The notes under the pieces were generated by a model, which was given only the letters and a program-made list of their open reading frames with translations, did not search any database and was not told the origin of the DNA. DNA of 64,000 nt from the human T2T-CHM13v2.0 reference genome, Homo sapiens: assembly GCF_009914755.1 (NCBI RefSeq), contig NC_060941.1. The stretch is one strand, 5' to 3'. Shown here piece by piece: positions 29,298 to 46,780 of this stretch (the stretch's first letter is position 1; each line of letters begins with the position of its first letter). A program made the position numbers and the translations under genes.

Positions 29298-30756
29298 TGC
29301 AATTACGGTGATTTCTAAATATATAAATGCATTGATGGAGGATGAGATTGATCTGTGTGTGCTTCAGCACCTGCATCTTAACGTCAGTGGGAGAACTATA
29401 ATTGCAATGAAAACGGACAATAAAAAGACATACAAATAGTTAACAAACATTTGGAAAAACAGAAGTTCAACTTCATTTCAAATGGAGCCATCAACAGTAC
29501 ACTGAGTTCTACTTCATGAGAAGGAGCTGAACAGTCGCGTGGCTTCCTCATTCCTCACCCTGTCCCTTTGCTGCACACGTGGCATTCAATCACACCTCAA
29601 ACTGCTACATATTGGTTTAAGATAAGCTATTAAAACATTTGACTTAGCGTATTTAGTTTCTTAAACCCCTTTTGATTCAGTATGATGCTGATCTTGGTTT
29701 ACTACAATTCTTGCTGGGCTAAAGGCTGCAAGGGAATATGCAAGTAGCAGGAGACAGTGAGATCGATCCATCAATTGATTAAAATCTCTTTGCTGAAATT
29801 TATCTGTAGGGGTCCAGAAGCCACTTTGCTGCCTCCAGCCTGCCCATGGACAATTAGCAGATAATGTACAGAAGTATTTCTGCTTTGCAATAGTGGCTTC
29901 CAAAGACCCTTGTGGAGTCCCTGGCCTGCAGGTGCTGGAGCCCTGCCTGGGGGCAGTAAGCAGAGCCCAGGCTAACCTGGGAATGGATCCTCATGCCCTC
30001 TGCTTCTTCCCCTTCATGAGTTGGTCCATATGGGCTGAGAAGGGGGCTGTCAACTAGTAGGCAGATTTTCTTTACCCTCCCTCTGAAGTTTCTAATTACT
30101 CACACAAGTCTGGATGTGAAGCTGACATCAGCTTCCTTCACAGTGTCACCTGGGAAAATCTTGGTCAGCATGTGGTCCCTTTCCTTTCTAAGCCGACACC
30201 CTCTACTTAGCAATTATGAAGTGGCTTTACAGTCAGTGCTGGAGCATAGTGTACAGCCCAGGGTGAACCCCACACCATCCCTTCCCTTAACCAGAGCCTA
30301 CTGACTTACCTGCTTTCCTTCCTTCCCTCTTTCGGTATTTATTTAGTGTTTCCTGTGCTAGGTGCTAGGGATGAGTCAAATATATTTATGACATGGTCCC
30401 TGTTCTCAATGAACTTGTGGTTTAATGGGGGAGATGGACTAAGTAGACAGACGACTACAAAGTAAGTGGCAAAGCAGCAGTGAGCACAAGACATAACAAA
30501 GAGCTGGAAGCCCTTCCACATAGCTGCACCTTTAACCCTGACTCTAAGGCATCAACTGAGGCTCCAAGCCATGTGGCGTTTACAGGGAAGAGTATAGGAA
30601 CAAATCCCCATCAGGCCTGTCTGCATTTTGTGGTCACTGTTACAAAGGTCAATCTGTGTTAATTCTAGAAACAGCATACCCCCCATCTCACAATTACGTA
30701 AAACAGTCCATCACCCTTGATGATAACTCTTCCTGCTTCATAATGCATATAACTAG

Positions 30757-31203
<447 letters not shown>

Positions 31204-31506
31204 TAAAACCTCACCTCTGGACCCTGGAGATATGACCTGGTGAAAGTGGCTGCTCAGATTCTGGAATCTATTCAGCCCTTAGCCCTCGATCATCTGCTTT
31301 GTCACCTCTGCTCTCAGGAGTGGCCAGTCTTCATATGGCCGATGACATAATTGCTAAGTAGGCTGCTGTGAATGCCCATCTACTCAGGACTGAACTGAGC
31401 TAGGTCATGGCCATCAGTAAACATTATCAAGTAATGACTTTGTTACCACTGGCATCTGAACAGGAAGTCCAGATCTGAAGGTCAATTCCACACACCTGTT
31501 TCAGAG

Positions 31507-31827
<321 letters not shown>

Positions 31828-31869
31828 TAAGATTGAATATATGCAGTGATAAGAAATCCATCTACAGCT

Positions 31870-32400
31870 TCCTATATATTCATTCAACACATAGTTCCTG
31901 AGCTTCTAGACGGGGAGGTAGACACAGTCCTCCCCTCATGTGCTCCTTATAACCCCCTGAAAGTGACAGATGTTAAATAAAAAAAAAAGTATACAAAAAC
32001 GAAGTACAACTGTGGTGTTATGAAGGAGAAAACCAGAGTGCTAGAAGACGACACTAACATGAGGACTTAGACTTGTTTGAGGAGAGGGTCAGGAAAAGGC
32101 TTCCTTGGGAAAGTAGCATTTAAGCTGAAACCTGGAAGATGCACGGGGGCTTGGGGAAGAGGTTAGGAACAGCATTCCTGGCACAGGGCACGGCACCGGA
32201 GCTGTCTCTGAGGTAGGCAGTGAGGGGCTTTCCTTGAGGAAGCCAAGGAAAGCTGGTGTGGCCTGCAGGTGAGCCTGCAGGTAAGTGCAGGAAAATGCAG
32301 AGTGAGGAGGTGGGGCCACATCGTGTAGGCTGTGGGAGTGACCTCAGACCTGATCTTGAGTAGCCACTGAAGGAGGGGAGTGATATGATTGGAAAGTCAA
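31870..32400 (-). mobile_element. L2 fragment
   Basis: ttcattcaacacat..., gtcaggaaaaggcttccttggga, acagcattcctggcacagggcacggcac. Confidence 0.65.
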
Positions 32401-32575
32401 CTGAGTCCAACCACAGTTGGGAAAACATTTTTTGACTCGTGTCATTGGAACCAAATAGAATCAATTAATAGTAGTAACATGACAGTAGTTACGGTTGTTG
32501 TCCGAATCACAGGGAGTGCTAAAACTTAATTAGTTATCTGTTTGAAGCCTCAAACACAAACTTCCAAAGCTTTAA

Positions 32576-32926
<351 letters not shown>

Positions 32927-33894
32927 TTAAGCTTCTTTTTAACCAAATCAGGCAGGCACTGTGTACCAAGCCTCTGAGACACATCTGTGTGATCTTTCCA
33001 ACAGAGGAATGGGAGCCTCTGCATCCAAGGTGGGGAGCGGCAGAGCTGGGACTGAGGGCAGCCCGTGCTCCATCCATGTTCACAGAATGGAGGAAATCAA
33101 AAAGGAGCAGATGATGCGGCTGTAGGCTTCTGGGATATTAACAGGACAAAGCTACTGAGAAAACAGGGGTTTCTGGCTGAAGGTAGAGGATGCTGGGAAA
33201 GGGCAACAAATGAAGGGGTGGCAGAAGTCAATAAATTGAGCAGGAAATGAAAAAAGAAGAGCTGAATTAGAGCATTTGTCTAAGCATCCTGAGGACAGGA
33301 ACCTTGTTTATCCTGTTCATGGCTATATCCCTAGGGCAGAGAACACTACTCAGCAAGTGACATGTGCTCAAGAAATAGATGCTGACTCAGCGAATGAATG
33401 TATTTAAACAGAACCTATTCTGTAATAATCACGATGACAACAGTTAATAAAATCAGCCACCGTCAACTAAGCACCTACATGTGCCACACCTGTGCTGGGG
33501 GTTTGGCTAGGTTAACACAAACCCAACCACCAGGTACAGCAGGTGTTGTCGTCACAATCCTGGGAAGGAAATAAGGTACACAAAGGTTAAGTAACGTCTG
33601 ATGTCTCTTGTCTAGTAAGTAGCAGGGATGGACTTAAACACAGACCAATCTCACTCCAAACCTTGTACTCTTTCTCTGCCCTGTGCTGTGTTGCTTCTCA
33701 AGCATGAACATGCTAAGAACTTGGGCTTCAGTCATGGCCAGTCCCTTCAGGATGACTTGGCCACTGTAGGGTCTCATTCTTTCAACATTCTTAGTCATCA
33801 AGTCCAAGTAGCCCTGGAAGAAGGGAGCATATGTGCACAGAAGGACACCTGCAGGAAGCATCTTACCAAAAGTGCCTTGCATCATTGAGGCTGT

Positions 33895-34120
33895 GTCCGG
33901 GTAGTTCAGTGGTGCTAACGAGGCCACTGCTACAGGTTCAGTCTCCGCGTCCAATTAACTCAGCTTTGTGCCTTGGAGACTACACCCCAATCCATCTCAG
34001 AGGTGCATTCAGTAGTTTCAGGAAAGATGGCTGGGAAGTGTGGGTGGCTTGGTGAAACCTATTTGCAAGACTAGCAAAACAATGCAAAAGGTATGCTGCA
34101 ATAATGGTGAGCAGCAGCTT
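33895..34120 (+). mobile_element. Ancient tRNA-Ile-derived SINE (MamSINE1-like)
   Basis: Head gtccgggtagttca--gtggtgctaacgaggcca...caggttcagtctccg aligns with tRNA-Ile(AAT); body agactacacccc ... gtgtgggtgg ... aaaacaa resembles recalled MamSINE1 consensus. Confidence 0.6.
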
Positions 34121-36448
34121 CCTAGAAAAAGGTCACGCAAACTTCTGCACCAAACCTGGGTGATCAGAGCTCCTCTGCAACATTAAGTCCTTTTTCCCAA
34201 AAGAGTCTTGAGATTTTTTCCCCCAGGTATTTATCAGAATCCTCTTTATCTTTCTGCGTTATTACAAAAAAAAAAAAAAAAAAAAGGCTGGTGTCAGGCA
34301 GCTAGCATTATTTCTGAAAATTACTGAGAACTTAAAAGACATTCAGAACATCTATGCAACTTGACAGAGTTCAAAAAATTGTCATTGGAAACAGAGACAA
34401 TCTTATAACCAACATTTAGGCAAGTCTGTGTTTAGAATATGGTTAGTTTTCAAGGCAAGTATGTTTCATTCTACTTCTGTCTGTATGGAGAGATTCCGTC
34501 TCTAGTCTCATCCCTTTGCAAACTGTTTTTCTCATGGCTGCTGGAGTTATCTTTCCAGGACACATATCTGATTCATTCATTTGCTTTATATAACCTATCA
34601 ACCCCCTTTGCACAGCTGTATAAGTCAGGTGTTTGTGGGACTTATCATCTATCTGGGACACTCTTGAGAGTTAAAGGACGCAGCTCTATTGATGATTATG
34701 TTGGAGCAACAGACATAAACCTTGGGAAACTGGGATCTGTGGTCACCTCACATGGAATAGAAGGTCCTTGGCAATCTGAACTGAACCCACATTTTCTGAC
34801 TCTTCCCCACCCAGATCAGCCTCTGAGAGGGATCTGCCCTTTCCGTGCTTTCTGTCCCAGACCTCAGCCCTTCCAGCTTCTCTTCTGGAAGAGTGAGTGC
34901 ACACACCTCCAGAGCAGCTCGAAGTGCAGTTGCACCTACTTGCTGGAATTACAGGTCCAGCCTCTATGCTCCTATGCATCTTGACTGGACACAGTCATCA
35001 TTTGTTTTTATGTGTATTGCCCTCTCTAGACTGGGAACTCCTTGAGGTTGGGGGGTTTAAGTCATCCTTGTGGCCACCCCCAATATGTAGAGGAGTGTTT
35101 TGTACATCCTTCGTGTTCAGAAACTGTCAGTTGATAATAAATAAATCCCACGACTAGATAATCTGGTGCCTTTTAAATAAATACATTGAGGTCTGTGTTA
35201 TAAATAGATGTTTATGACTAAAATGTTTTATGGCAGAGCTGCTGACTGTCCTGGTGTCATAGAAACTTCAGCTGATTTCCATGTGAGTGTATGGAAGAAG
35301 TAATATATGAGCAATCTATTTTCTCTGGGTGAAGACAGCAATGGGCATATTTCACTTCCATTGTTAATTGGGGATAGTATTGCTCTAGGCCAAGACACTA
35401 AGTCAGCTAAGCGCTGACTAATCGAGGAAGTGTTTGCAGGTGCACTGGGCCCAAGGACACACAGGCCTCTTGTACTTTAACTTACATGTGGTGTTCTCAG
35501 ACCTGCATGACCAATTCTGTAATAGTATCTGCCACAGAAAAGACACTGTGTGAAATTCTTGTGCAGCTCTTCCCCATCTAACCTGTTCCTCACAATGGTG
35601 AACACCCAGGGGAAGTGAAAGGAAGTGCCCCAGACTGAGACTGGGAACCGTCACCTCCCACTGGATGAGCAATGGGAGACGCCCAGGAGTATGAATTCCC
35701 TGCCTCCATAATGCCTTTTCTCTCCCAAAGCATTAGTCTTGGAGAGATGAGCAATGATTGGTAACTCTCCTCTCTAGTTAAATCTGAATTTCCAGTTGCT
35801 TTACAGACTGAGAAAGTAAACGCAACACAGTAGTCATCCTGCTCCGAGAGCTTTTGAACTGTTGCTGATCTTTAGCACGTATAACTTGAATATATTAAAG
35901 AGCCAGAAAATAAGATCCGGGAATAAAGGAGAGATAAAAGGTCAGAGGATGAGTGTGTGAAGGTATCACAGGGCGAGTCACTAGATGGGGACAGCTGCTT
36001 CCCACAGTCTCTGAGAACTAGAAGAAACCACAGCAGATGCAGTTTTGGTTAGAAATAGGACCAAGTTTCCTGAGCAGGATGTTTAAGATCATTAAATAAA
36101 TCACCAAGGGAACTGTGGAATATATTCCTCTGCTGGTCTTTACAAACAGAGCAGTAACTGAGCAATTAGGGATGAGTTCTGTTTAAGTCTGACCACTGTG
36201 CTGAATTGGCTGGAATCTCTAAGTTCCTTCCAGCCTCAGAGTCTCACGATGCCTCACCCTCACCAATTGCCTGTAAGAGACAGTGGAACCCAGAACCAGA
36301 GGGCCCTCAAGGAGTTATCATGTAATCAGTCTCTGACAGTCAAAAATTTGTCCTTACATTTAATCAAACTTCCTTGGTTGTAGAATGGGTACAGGATAGT
36401 TTCCTCCTATCAACCCTCATGCATGGTAAGCCAAGGTTACCACATTAA

Positions 36449-36734
<286 letters not shown>

Positions 36735-37309
36735 GGTTATTACATTTTTTAAGGCTCTTCTAACAAACATTCTTCATGCTTTCAAAGCTCCTTTCAAAGC
36801 GACTCTTGTAAAGTTCACAAACCTCTAAAAACTCAGTGACATCCCAGTTTGATATGATTGATCTGCACAGATGGATTCTACAATGCCAAGTTCTGGGTTC
36901 TAAGACAGGAAACTTAACACAACATTCATGTTTCTAACATGCATATCCTAAAGGTGTCTATTAATACTATAGATATGAATCTAAGTCACCAAGCACACAT
37001 GTCTGTTGTCGGGAATAGAAGGTAAGAGAAAGAAGTGACAGATTAGTTCCACTTGAGGCTATGGAAAGGGCTGGCTCCCATGAGGAAAAGTGCTGGAGGG
37101 GGAGTGCTGGGCAAAAGGGGACTCAGAAGTCACAAGATGGGTGGGTGGAGGGAAAAGTAAATACAAATGCACAGAAGGGCCCTTGGAAGAGAGACCTTAA
37201 AGGGTGTTTCTACCACTGGTGCTAGAGTAGGTGAATCAGTGGGAAGTATCTGTGGGGCTTGCTGGGCTAAGAGGATGCAGGGTAGCCAGGAGGGAAGAGG
37301 AGATGTGGG

Positions 37310-37430
37310 GGAGTGGGGCGTGGAAGCAGGCAAACGAACGGGTAAAGAAAACCTCATTGGTTGGTAAATGGTCAAAAACTGACCACACTCTTCTGGTTTT
37401 TAACCCTGGCAACCCCGCCTCTGGCCCTCC
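37310..37430. promoter_or_regulatory. Candidate non-CpG-island promoter motif cluster
   Basis: GGGGCGTGG (SP/KLF), ATTGG (reverse CCAAT), CCCTGGCAAC (RFX-like) and CCCCGCCT within about 110 bp. Confidence 0.3.
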
Positions 37431-38299
37431 CTCCACTGGAAGTTTCCAAGCATCTGTTCCTGCTGCTGCCTTTCTTCTGCTCCCCTGGGCTGTTCCCTGT
37501 ATCAAGCCTTTCCTCCTTTCCTGGAACTTGCAATTCCACTAAATTTGCCATATGGCCTAGAAAAACTGTAAATTCTGGTGGGGTCGCGTTGATAATTCCT
37601 TGTTCTCCAGAAGGTAGCAGAGGACCGAGAATTGGGTTTAAATTAAAAGGGTGGAAACTTCTATAAGTCAAGAAAGGAAGTAGCCATTTCTTTGGACACT
37701 TGGTAGCATATCCACTGCCACTTTCTAGCATATTTTAAAATGAAAACTTCTTGGTGGTATATTGAAGAAATAAGACTTTCAAACTCTCTCTCCCCTGTTC
37801 AATTAATTTTGGGAAATCAAAAATCACTTCCTTTTCACATCCAGAAAATCTGATTTTGTCGAGGCAATTAAGAATATTACCATTTTACTCTAGCAAAGTA
37901 ACCCATGCAGAGGACTGAAGAAAATGAAAAGCAACAGTCCCTTAACCCACTGCTGGTTCTTTTGTGCTTGCTTTAAATTGCTTCTACTTTTAGCTCTTTT
38001 TATGGTGAACTCCAAACACTAAATAACAGGCTGATATTACCTTTCTGAATTTATCAACTTCAATTTATCTGAAATTATCAACTTGATATATATCCACTGA
38101 CATCCTTTTACAACAGACCTAGGTTCATATCACTAATAACCCCTGCTCTCCTCCTCATCTGTAATTTCATCAATAGTTGTATTACTTCTTGACCACATTA
38201 AATAATATATGTATCCTTTATTTTTGTTCCATCAACAAGAAACTCTCTCTGTATTTCCCATTTTCTAAGGTGCTGATGCCAGTATCTCCACCTTCCTTC

Positions 38300-39170
38300 C
38301 AGCACTTTTACTCCCCCTCGCCCACCTCCCACCAGCTATACTTCTACACCAGAGGCTGAGGCTGCTTCCTTTGTGACATCTCCAACACTGATCTCTGGAT
38401 TTTACCTCCCAAAGATGCTCTTTTCCCAAGTACCCCACTCTCAGCCAGTGCTACTCCATCTACCCAGATGCTCCAGCCACAAACAAATCCTCTCTTTCCC
38501 TTTCGCCCACATAAGTCCTGTCATTTCTACCTCCAAATATATTTCACCATCTCCATGGCTAAAATGTTAGTACAAGCCACTGTCTTCTAATTTTAGGACC
38601 AGCCACCCTCTTGTCTTGCTATAATCCACCCTCCACAAAATGGCCAGAGTGATTTTTCAGAAATATAAGTCAGACCACATCACCCCCTTTGCTAAAAAAA
38701 CCTCTTATTAAAATCCCCTTATCATTATCCACGAGGCCTTCAATGATCTGGCCTGGGTGATCTCTAACTTCCATCTCCTATACTCTTCCCTTCATTCACT
38801 CTGCTCCAGCAACACAGGCACTTATCGTTCCACTGTCACAGGCTAATTTCCATTTTAGGGCCTTTACTTTTCTGCTTGGTGACATCTCAGATCTTCTCCT
38901 TCTTCTCGTCATTCAAATCCTAACTGAAGGGTCACTCTCTGACAGGCTTTCCATGTTAGCAAAAGCAACCTCTTCTCCCTAGCTATGCTCTTTCATGTTA
39001 CCCTATTTCAGCGTCTTCACAGCACTCCAGACATTATCTTGTTTGTACTTTCTTAGCGTTCATACCCCTTTCTAGAATAAGAGCCCTTTAAGAACTGTTT
39101 TGTTCACTGCCTGTATCCCAATCACCTTCTATGCGTGGCACATACAAGGCATTGAAAAAATACTATTATC
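38300..39170 (+). mobile_element. L2 fragments
   Basis: ccagagtgatttttcagaaatataagtcagaccacatcac, cactctgctccagcaacac, tgttttgttcactgcctgtatcccaa. Confidence 0.7.
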
Positions 39171-39577
39171 AACTCGGTGTTCTGTAGCCTTAATTAAGGC
39201 TTCTATACTTTGGTTAAGATTAATTCTAAAAGTTGGAAATCAAAGAATGTTTTATTTCTGCAAACCTATAATTATTATTCACTATTTAAATAATGTCCCC
39301 AAATATGTTCTATTTTCTTGCTTGGAACTTACAATTGTTTTTTCTCTTCCATGGTCTAGAATTGAATAAAATCCCTTGAATCCCCGCATTTCACAGGTAC
39401 CAATCATCAGAGCCCCGTGTCTTCTTGCTCTGTCAGTCTGTACCACAGCTGCCACTCTATTTCTCTCTTGATTTGGATCTGCTACCTTTGACTCTCATGT
39501 CTTCTTCTTTCCTGTTTTATTACCTTACTTTGCTGGAATATATCCTCAGGAAACTTCACAGGAAAGGGTGTGTGTGA

Positions 39578-39902
<325 letters not shown>

Positions 39903-39924
39903 CTCTGACCATATTTTATCCCTT

Positions 39925-40229
39925 GTTTATTTTTTATTATTATTTTTTGAGACGGAGTCTCGCTCTTTCACCCAGGCTGGAGTGCAGTGGCGCAATCTCG
40001 ACTCACTGCAGGCTCCGCCCCCCAGGGTTCACGCCATTCTCCTGCCTCAGCCTCCTGCGTAGCTGGGACTACAGGCGCCCGCCACCTCGCCCGGCTAATT
40101 TTTTGTATTTTTACTAGAGACAGGGTTTCACCGTGTTAGCCAGGATGGTCTCGATCTCCTGACCTCGTGATCCGTCCGCCTCAGCCTCCCAAAGTGCTGG
40201 GATTACAGGTGTGAGCCACTGCGCCCGGC
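39925..40229 (-). mobile_element. AluY
   Basis: Y diagnostics; TSD cccttgtttatt. Confidence 0.95.
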
Positions 40230-40889
40230 CCCCTTGTTTATTTTTAACTTTATACCTGACTGATACTTTGGCTGGGAATAGAATTATAGGTGGACAATAC
40301 TTATCTCTCCGTACTTTACAGAAGCTTGTCTTTTAGCATCTAGTATAAGTGAAGAGAATTCACATACATGTGCACAGTTGTATCACTACTAGCAAAGACT
40401 ATCCAGATTGATGCACCCAAGATGAAATTTTGTAAAGCTAGCTAATTTAAATTAAGTGGGTTAGTCTGAATTATAGTATGTTGAGTAAAGAAATTCTGTT
40501 TTCTTTCTTTCAAATGTAAATAGCGTCTCCACAAATTCTTCTCCAAATCAGGCTAATTGTCTTTCTGCAAGTCTTCTTTTCCTAATCATTTTCTTAGTAA
40601 ACTTCTTATTCACAGCATTTAATTCTCCTTCATGCTGCTCATCACCATTGTACTTGCTTTCAATTATTCATTTGAAAATTCAGTGTGGTAAGAAATAGTA
40701 TCTTGCTTATTGCTGTATCTTTGGCACCTAACTTATGTAGAAAGAGAGCCTGGCACTTCTGAGTGTGGGCTCACTATACAGATTGAGAAAACAAAAGTAA
40801 AGGTACACGAGGTGCAGCTGAAGCCCTCTCAAAGTCAAGAAGCATATCCCTGGTGAGCTGTGTAGGCTCCCTAGTCCTAACATCTAAAA

Positions 40890-41110
40890 CAGTGGTTTGC
40901 AGGGATCATGAGCTTTGAAGTCAGAAAAACTGGGTTTGAATCTGTCTGTGCTCGCCACTTGCTAGCTGTATGACCCTGGACAAGTCATTTATATGCTCTG
41001 AACTCTGGGTTCTTCATATGTAAAATGAGGATAAATATGTCTACCTTGTAATACAGTGACTTTGAAGGATAAATAAGACAGTTTATGTAAAGTTACTGAC
41101 ATAATCGTGG
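40890..41110 (+). mobile_element. MIR
   Basis: gctttgaagtcagaaaaactgggtttgaatc ... tagctgtatgaccctggacaagtca ... tgtaaaatgaggataa. Confidence 0.8.
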
Positions 41111-41369
41111 GAGCTGATGGGAAGTATCGGAAGTATTATTGTTATTAATAAAAGCAATGAAATGTTGATATACAGAAATCAAACCTAAAGCACTAATTTT
41201 GATGAAAGAATCCCAAATTTATGTACTGTTTCACATAATACTAAGCATGATAAAAAACATTCTAGAGTAAAACTCAAATTATTAGCAGGTATTTAAATAA
41301 AGCTACTTTTGGCCCAGCCAAACGTTCTTCCTACTTTCTGTAGCTCCAATCCGAGGACCTTTGATTTAC

Positions 41370-41465
41370 CTTGTCTGTATATAGCTCAATCCATTAAAAA
41401 ATCATTAGGCAGCAGCCTCAGGCTACAAAGCCTTACATTTGATTTCTTTTGCATCCTTTAATTTA
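41370..41465 (-). other. Candidate 96-nt non-coding internal exon
   Basis: Branch-like CACTAAT, acceptor ttttactctttcaaaattttcatcAG, donor AAG|gtaaat; stops in all frames. Confidence 0.3.
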
Positions 41466-42722
41466 CTGATGAAAATTTTGAAAGAGTAAAATTGAAATTA
41501 GTGAGGCTTTATTGAAAGTTCATTACATCCACAATAAATTTTGCTTGGTTAAATAAAATTTTCCATGTGGTGTGATTATATAGTACAAGGAAAGAGATTT
41601 TCTGGGGTGACTTATGGATACCCACCTTATTATCTTAGTCCTATCAGATGCATAGTGAGTTCTCTATCTGCTCCTGTTTCCACTTTATGCAGCGAATCCC
41701 ATGGACTTCACCCCCCATTCCCTCTGGGGTGTGTTTCTCCTAACTTTGTTTTCACTCCATTATGTTTCAATGGCTCCTGCTTCTTCTCTTTGGAGTTTGC
41801 CTGGATCCTGCCCATCAGAGAGATGACTGCTAGATTGATGGGTCAGAAATACATCCATCATACAGACTCCAGAATTACCAAGATGATTCTTTGCTCAACT
41901 ACCTGTAGTGGCAATCAACCTGCCGGGGATAGCATTCCATGGCAACAGAAAAGAAAACATGGGCTTTTAAAAGGTAGGTTCCTAGTATGCTTGTTGTTGA
42001 GGGAGAATCTTTTTGTTTTGGTGTGTGTCAATCAATGCCCTCATCTAAGAGATGTGACAACAGTGAAGATGCAAAACCACAGGAACCTCAAAACCACTAA
42101 AAGCTGTATATTTGACTCCTTTTTACCTATTAAAGGGAATCCATTAGTAGACTTCAAGAACAAAATCAGAGTAAAATTAGTTCACTCTTAGGTAGATCAG
42201 GGGTGAGTCAGGAGAAGAAAGAGGAAGCATGTCAAAATATCTACTATCCCAAAGAACTTTGGAGAACTTGCCAGCTTGCTACTCTGCCCCACTTGCTATT
42301 TAGGTTCTAAGCACTATGACTGATGGCAAGTTTGTAAACTACAAGGTTTTATATTTAAAGGAACCTGGGTTTCCTGACCTTATTTCTCTATCTAAGAAGC
42401 AACAAAGGACAGCATATTTAGGAATCTGCATTAGAATCAACTACCAAGGACAATTTCTGAGGACAATTGTGACTATCTAACTGTAATCTCTTATAAAAGG
42501 ACGGTGACAAGGTTTTTAAAGCAGTACAAAACTCTAAAGAGAATTCTGTGATACATATCAATAATGTATCACATACTATTCAGGATATCAAAATAACCTT
42601 AATTGGACTAAATCATATGATGGTAGTCCATGTGCCTAAGAAATGTGTTTCTGTGGTAACATTCATATTTTGTTAATCTAATATCAGCTTTGATTTACTA
42701 CTGCCTCTTTTTAAAAAGGGTC

Positions 42723-43514
<792 letters not shown>

Positions 43515-43763
43515 TAAGTGATTTAGAACAGAGATAATACATAATGTCTAATGATTAATCAACATTTGTCAGGTGCTGAGATGTTTATTTTTATACCTTT
43601 CCTTTTGCAGAAAGGATGCTTTTAGGTTTGAGTTCTGCTCTTCTGAACAGATGGCTATCATTTAACTAACAGCAATACTGAGCTTTTTTTACCAAGGACT
43701 CATAGTCTAGTCACAAAAAAAAAAGAATGTGATTTAGCTTTCACTAGTAAGAGTTGAAAATAG

Positions 43764-44116
<353 letters not shown>

Positions 44117-45081
44117 CTCAGAAACATATTTCAAAGAGACCTTAGAGGTAGCTATTAGAATGCCCAGGTTTATAAAACATAAGAGATGGCTGGCACAAAC
44201 TGCATATAAGAGAATAGCAGAATACAGCTTTGAAACCTCATATACATAAAATAAGTTATGTGGTAAAAATATTTCCCTTTGTTAATGGTCCTAAGTTCTT
44301 TTATTCAACCCACCAGAGGTCCAATAAATTGCCATCAAATCATAGAGGGTCACATAGGTAATGGGCCCCAAGGGGCATGGCATATCAGATTCCCTATGTG
44401 TATAAGGTTAGGAAACTATACCCCATCTTCTCAGGATCAAACACCCACATTTACAAGGTTACTACTTTCATCTGATAGAATAATAACTTCAGAACCCTGC
44501 TCATCTGGGAATCAGCATTAGCTGGCCGAGTTTAGGACATACCCACAGTTAGATTTTCAGGTTCTCACCTACAGAACAGATCCTCGGAACTGGGTTTCCT
44601 GAACTTGTGCAGTATGAAAAATTAGCTTTTGAGTTTGAAATAACAGAATTTGTAATAGAAAGAGATAATACTCTAAAGATCAGACTATACTTCCATTTAA
44701 TCTTTTTATTAATTTTAGCATGCAATTTGGCTTTTACCCTCAATGCTTTTACAAAAGGTGCTTTCAAAGGTCACCAAATCAAAGGGACTGCTCTAGGGCT
44801 AGGTCTCCTTTAATGCGGAGGCATTTGACCTTGTTGTCTTCTTTCTGGGAGAGTACTTCCCCTAAGTCTCCTCCTGCCTTTTGACCTCCCATTTATTACA
44901 TGTAGGAATTGCCTAGGGGTCCATCCTGGCCCCTTTTCACTCTACATGTTTCCTTGATGACTTCCTCCTGCTTTGGCGTAACTTCAGACTCATTTACATT
45001 CCCTTCAAGTTCCTTGACAATCTGGTCATATCTACATACCTTTCTGGTAGTTCTTGCCACTCCTCTCAGCACAATCTCTGA

Positions 45082-45447
<366 letters not shown>

Positions 45448-46365
45448 CAATGTATTTTCAAATAGTTCCTTTATGTATTTGTTCGTGCTGTTTTCTTCTA
45501 TACACAATTCATGGCCCTGTCTCACCTGAACATCCCTCCCTATACTCCAGATTCTAGTCACTTTTATTAAGGCATGCTTTATTAAGGCATCACTGACATA
45601 CAATAAACTCCACATATTTAAGGTATACAATTTGACAGGTTTTGAAATATATATTATACCTGTGAAACCATCACTGCACTCAAACTATCCATTACTCCCC
45701 AAAGGTTTCTTGTGCTGCTTTGTAATTCCTACTTCCTTCCCCTCCCTATCCACTCTCCATCCCAACAATGACTGACCTACTTCCTGCTCCTATGGTTTGT
45801 ATTTTCTAGAGTTGTATATAAATGGATAAACTTTTCAGGTTGGCTTCTTTCACCAGGCAAAATTATTTTGAAATTCATCCATGTTGTAGTATCAATAGCT
45901 CATTCTTTTTATTACCGAGTAGTAGTTCACTGTATGGATATAACAGTTTGCTTATCCATCTTCCAATGCTAATGGACATTTGGGTTATTCCCGGTTTTTG
46001 GCTATTACAAATAATTTGATATGAACATTTGTGTATGTCTTTATATGGATAAATGTGTTTATTTCCCCTAGATAAATATCTAGGAGTGGAGTGGCTGGAA
46101 TATGTGGCAGGGATATGTTTAGCTTAAAACACTGCCAAACTGTTCCCACCATGATAATATAAAATGACAATACAAATTATTCAATTAATACAATTATCCA
46201 AAATGGACAAACCAGTTATCCAAAAATTATGCAATAGAGTTAAATCCTATCTTAAGGGGAAAACATTCAGTCTTTCACCATTAAATGTGATATTTGCTTT
46301 AGATTTTTTCACAGATGTACTTTACCAGGTTGTAGAAGTCCACTTCTATTGTTAGTCTGCTAAGA

Positions 46366-46404
<39 letters not shown>

Positions 46405-46448
46405 AGAAATGGATGCCGGATTTTAAATGCTTTTTCTGCAACCACTGA

Positions 46449-46780
<332 letters not shown>

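Noticed and set aside
33895-33960. Functional tRNA-Ile gene
   Set aside because: D-arm deleted, anticodon loop and B box altered, no terminator; continues into SINE-like body
34439-34984. 181-aa ORF
   Set aside because: No recognisable domain; composition of translated non-coding DNA
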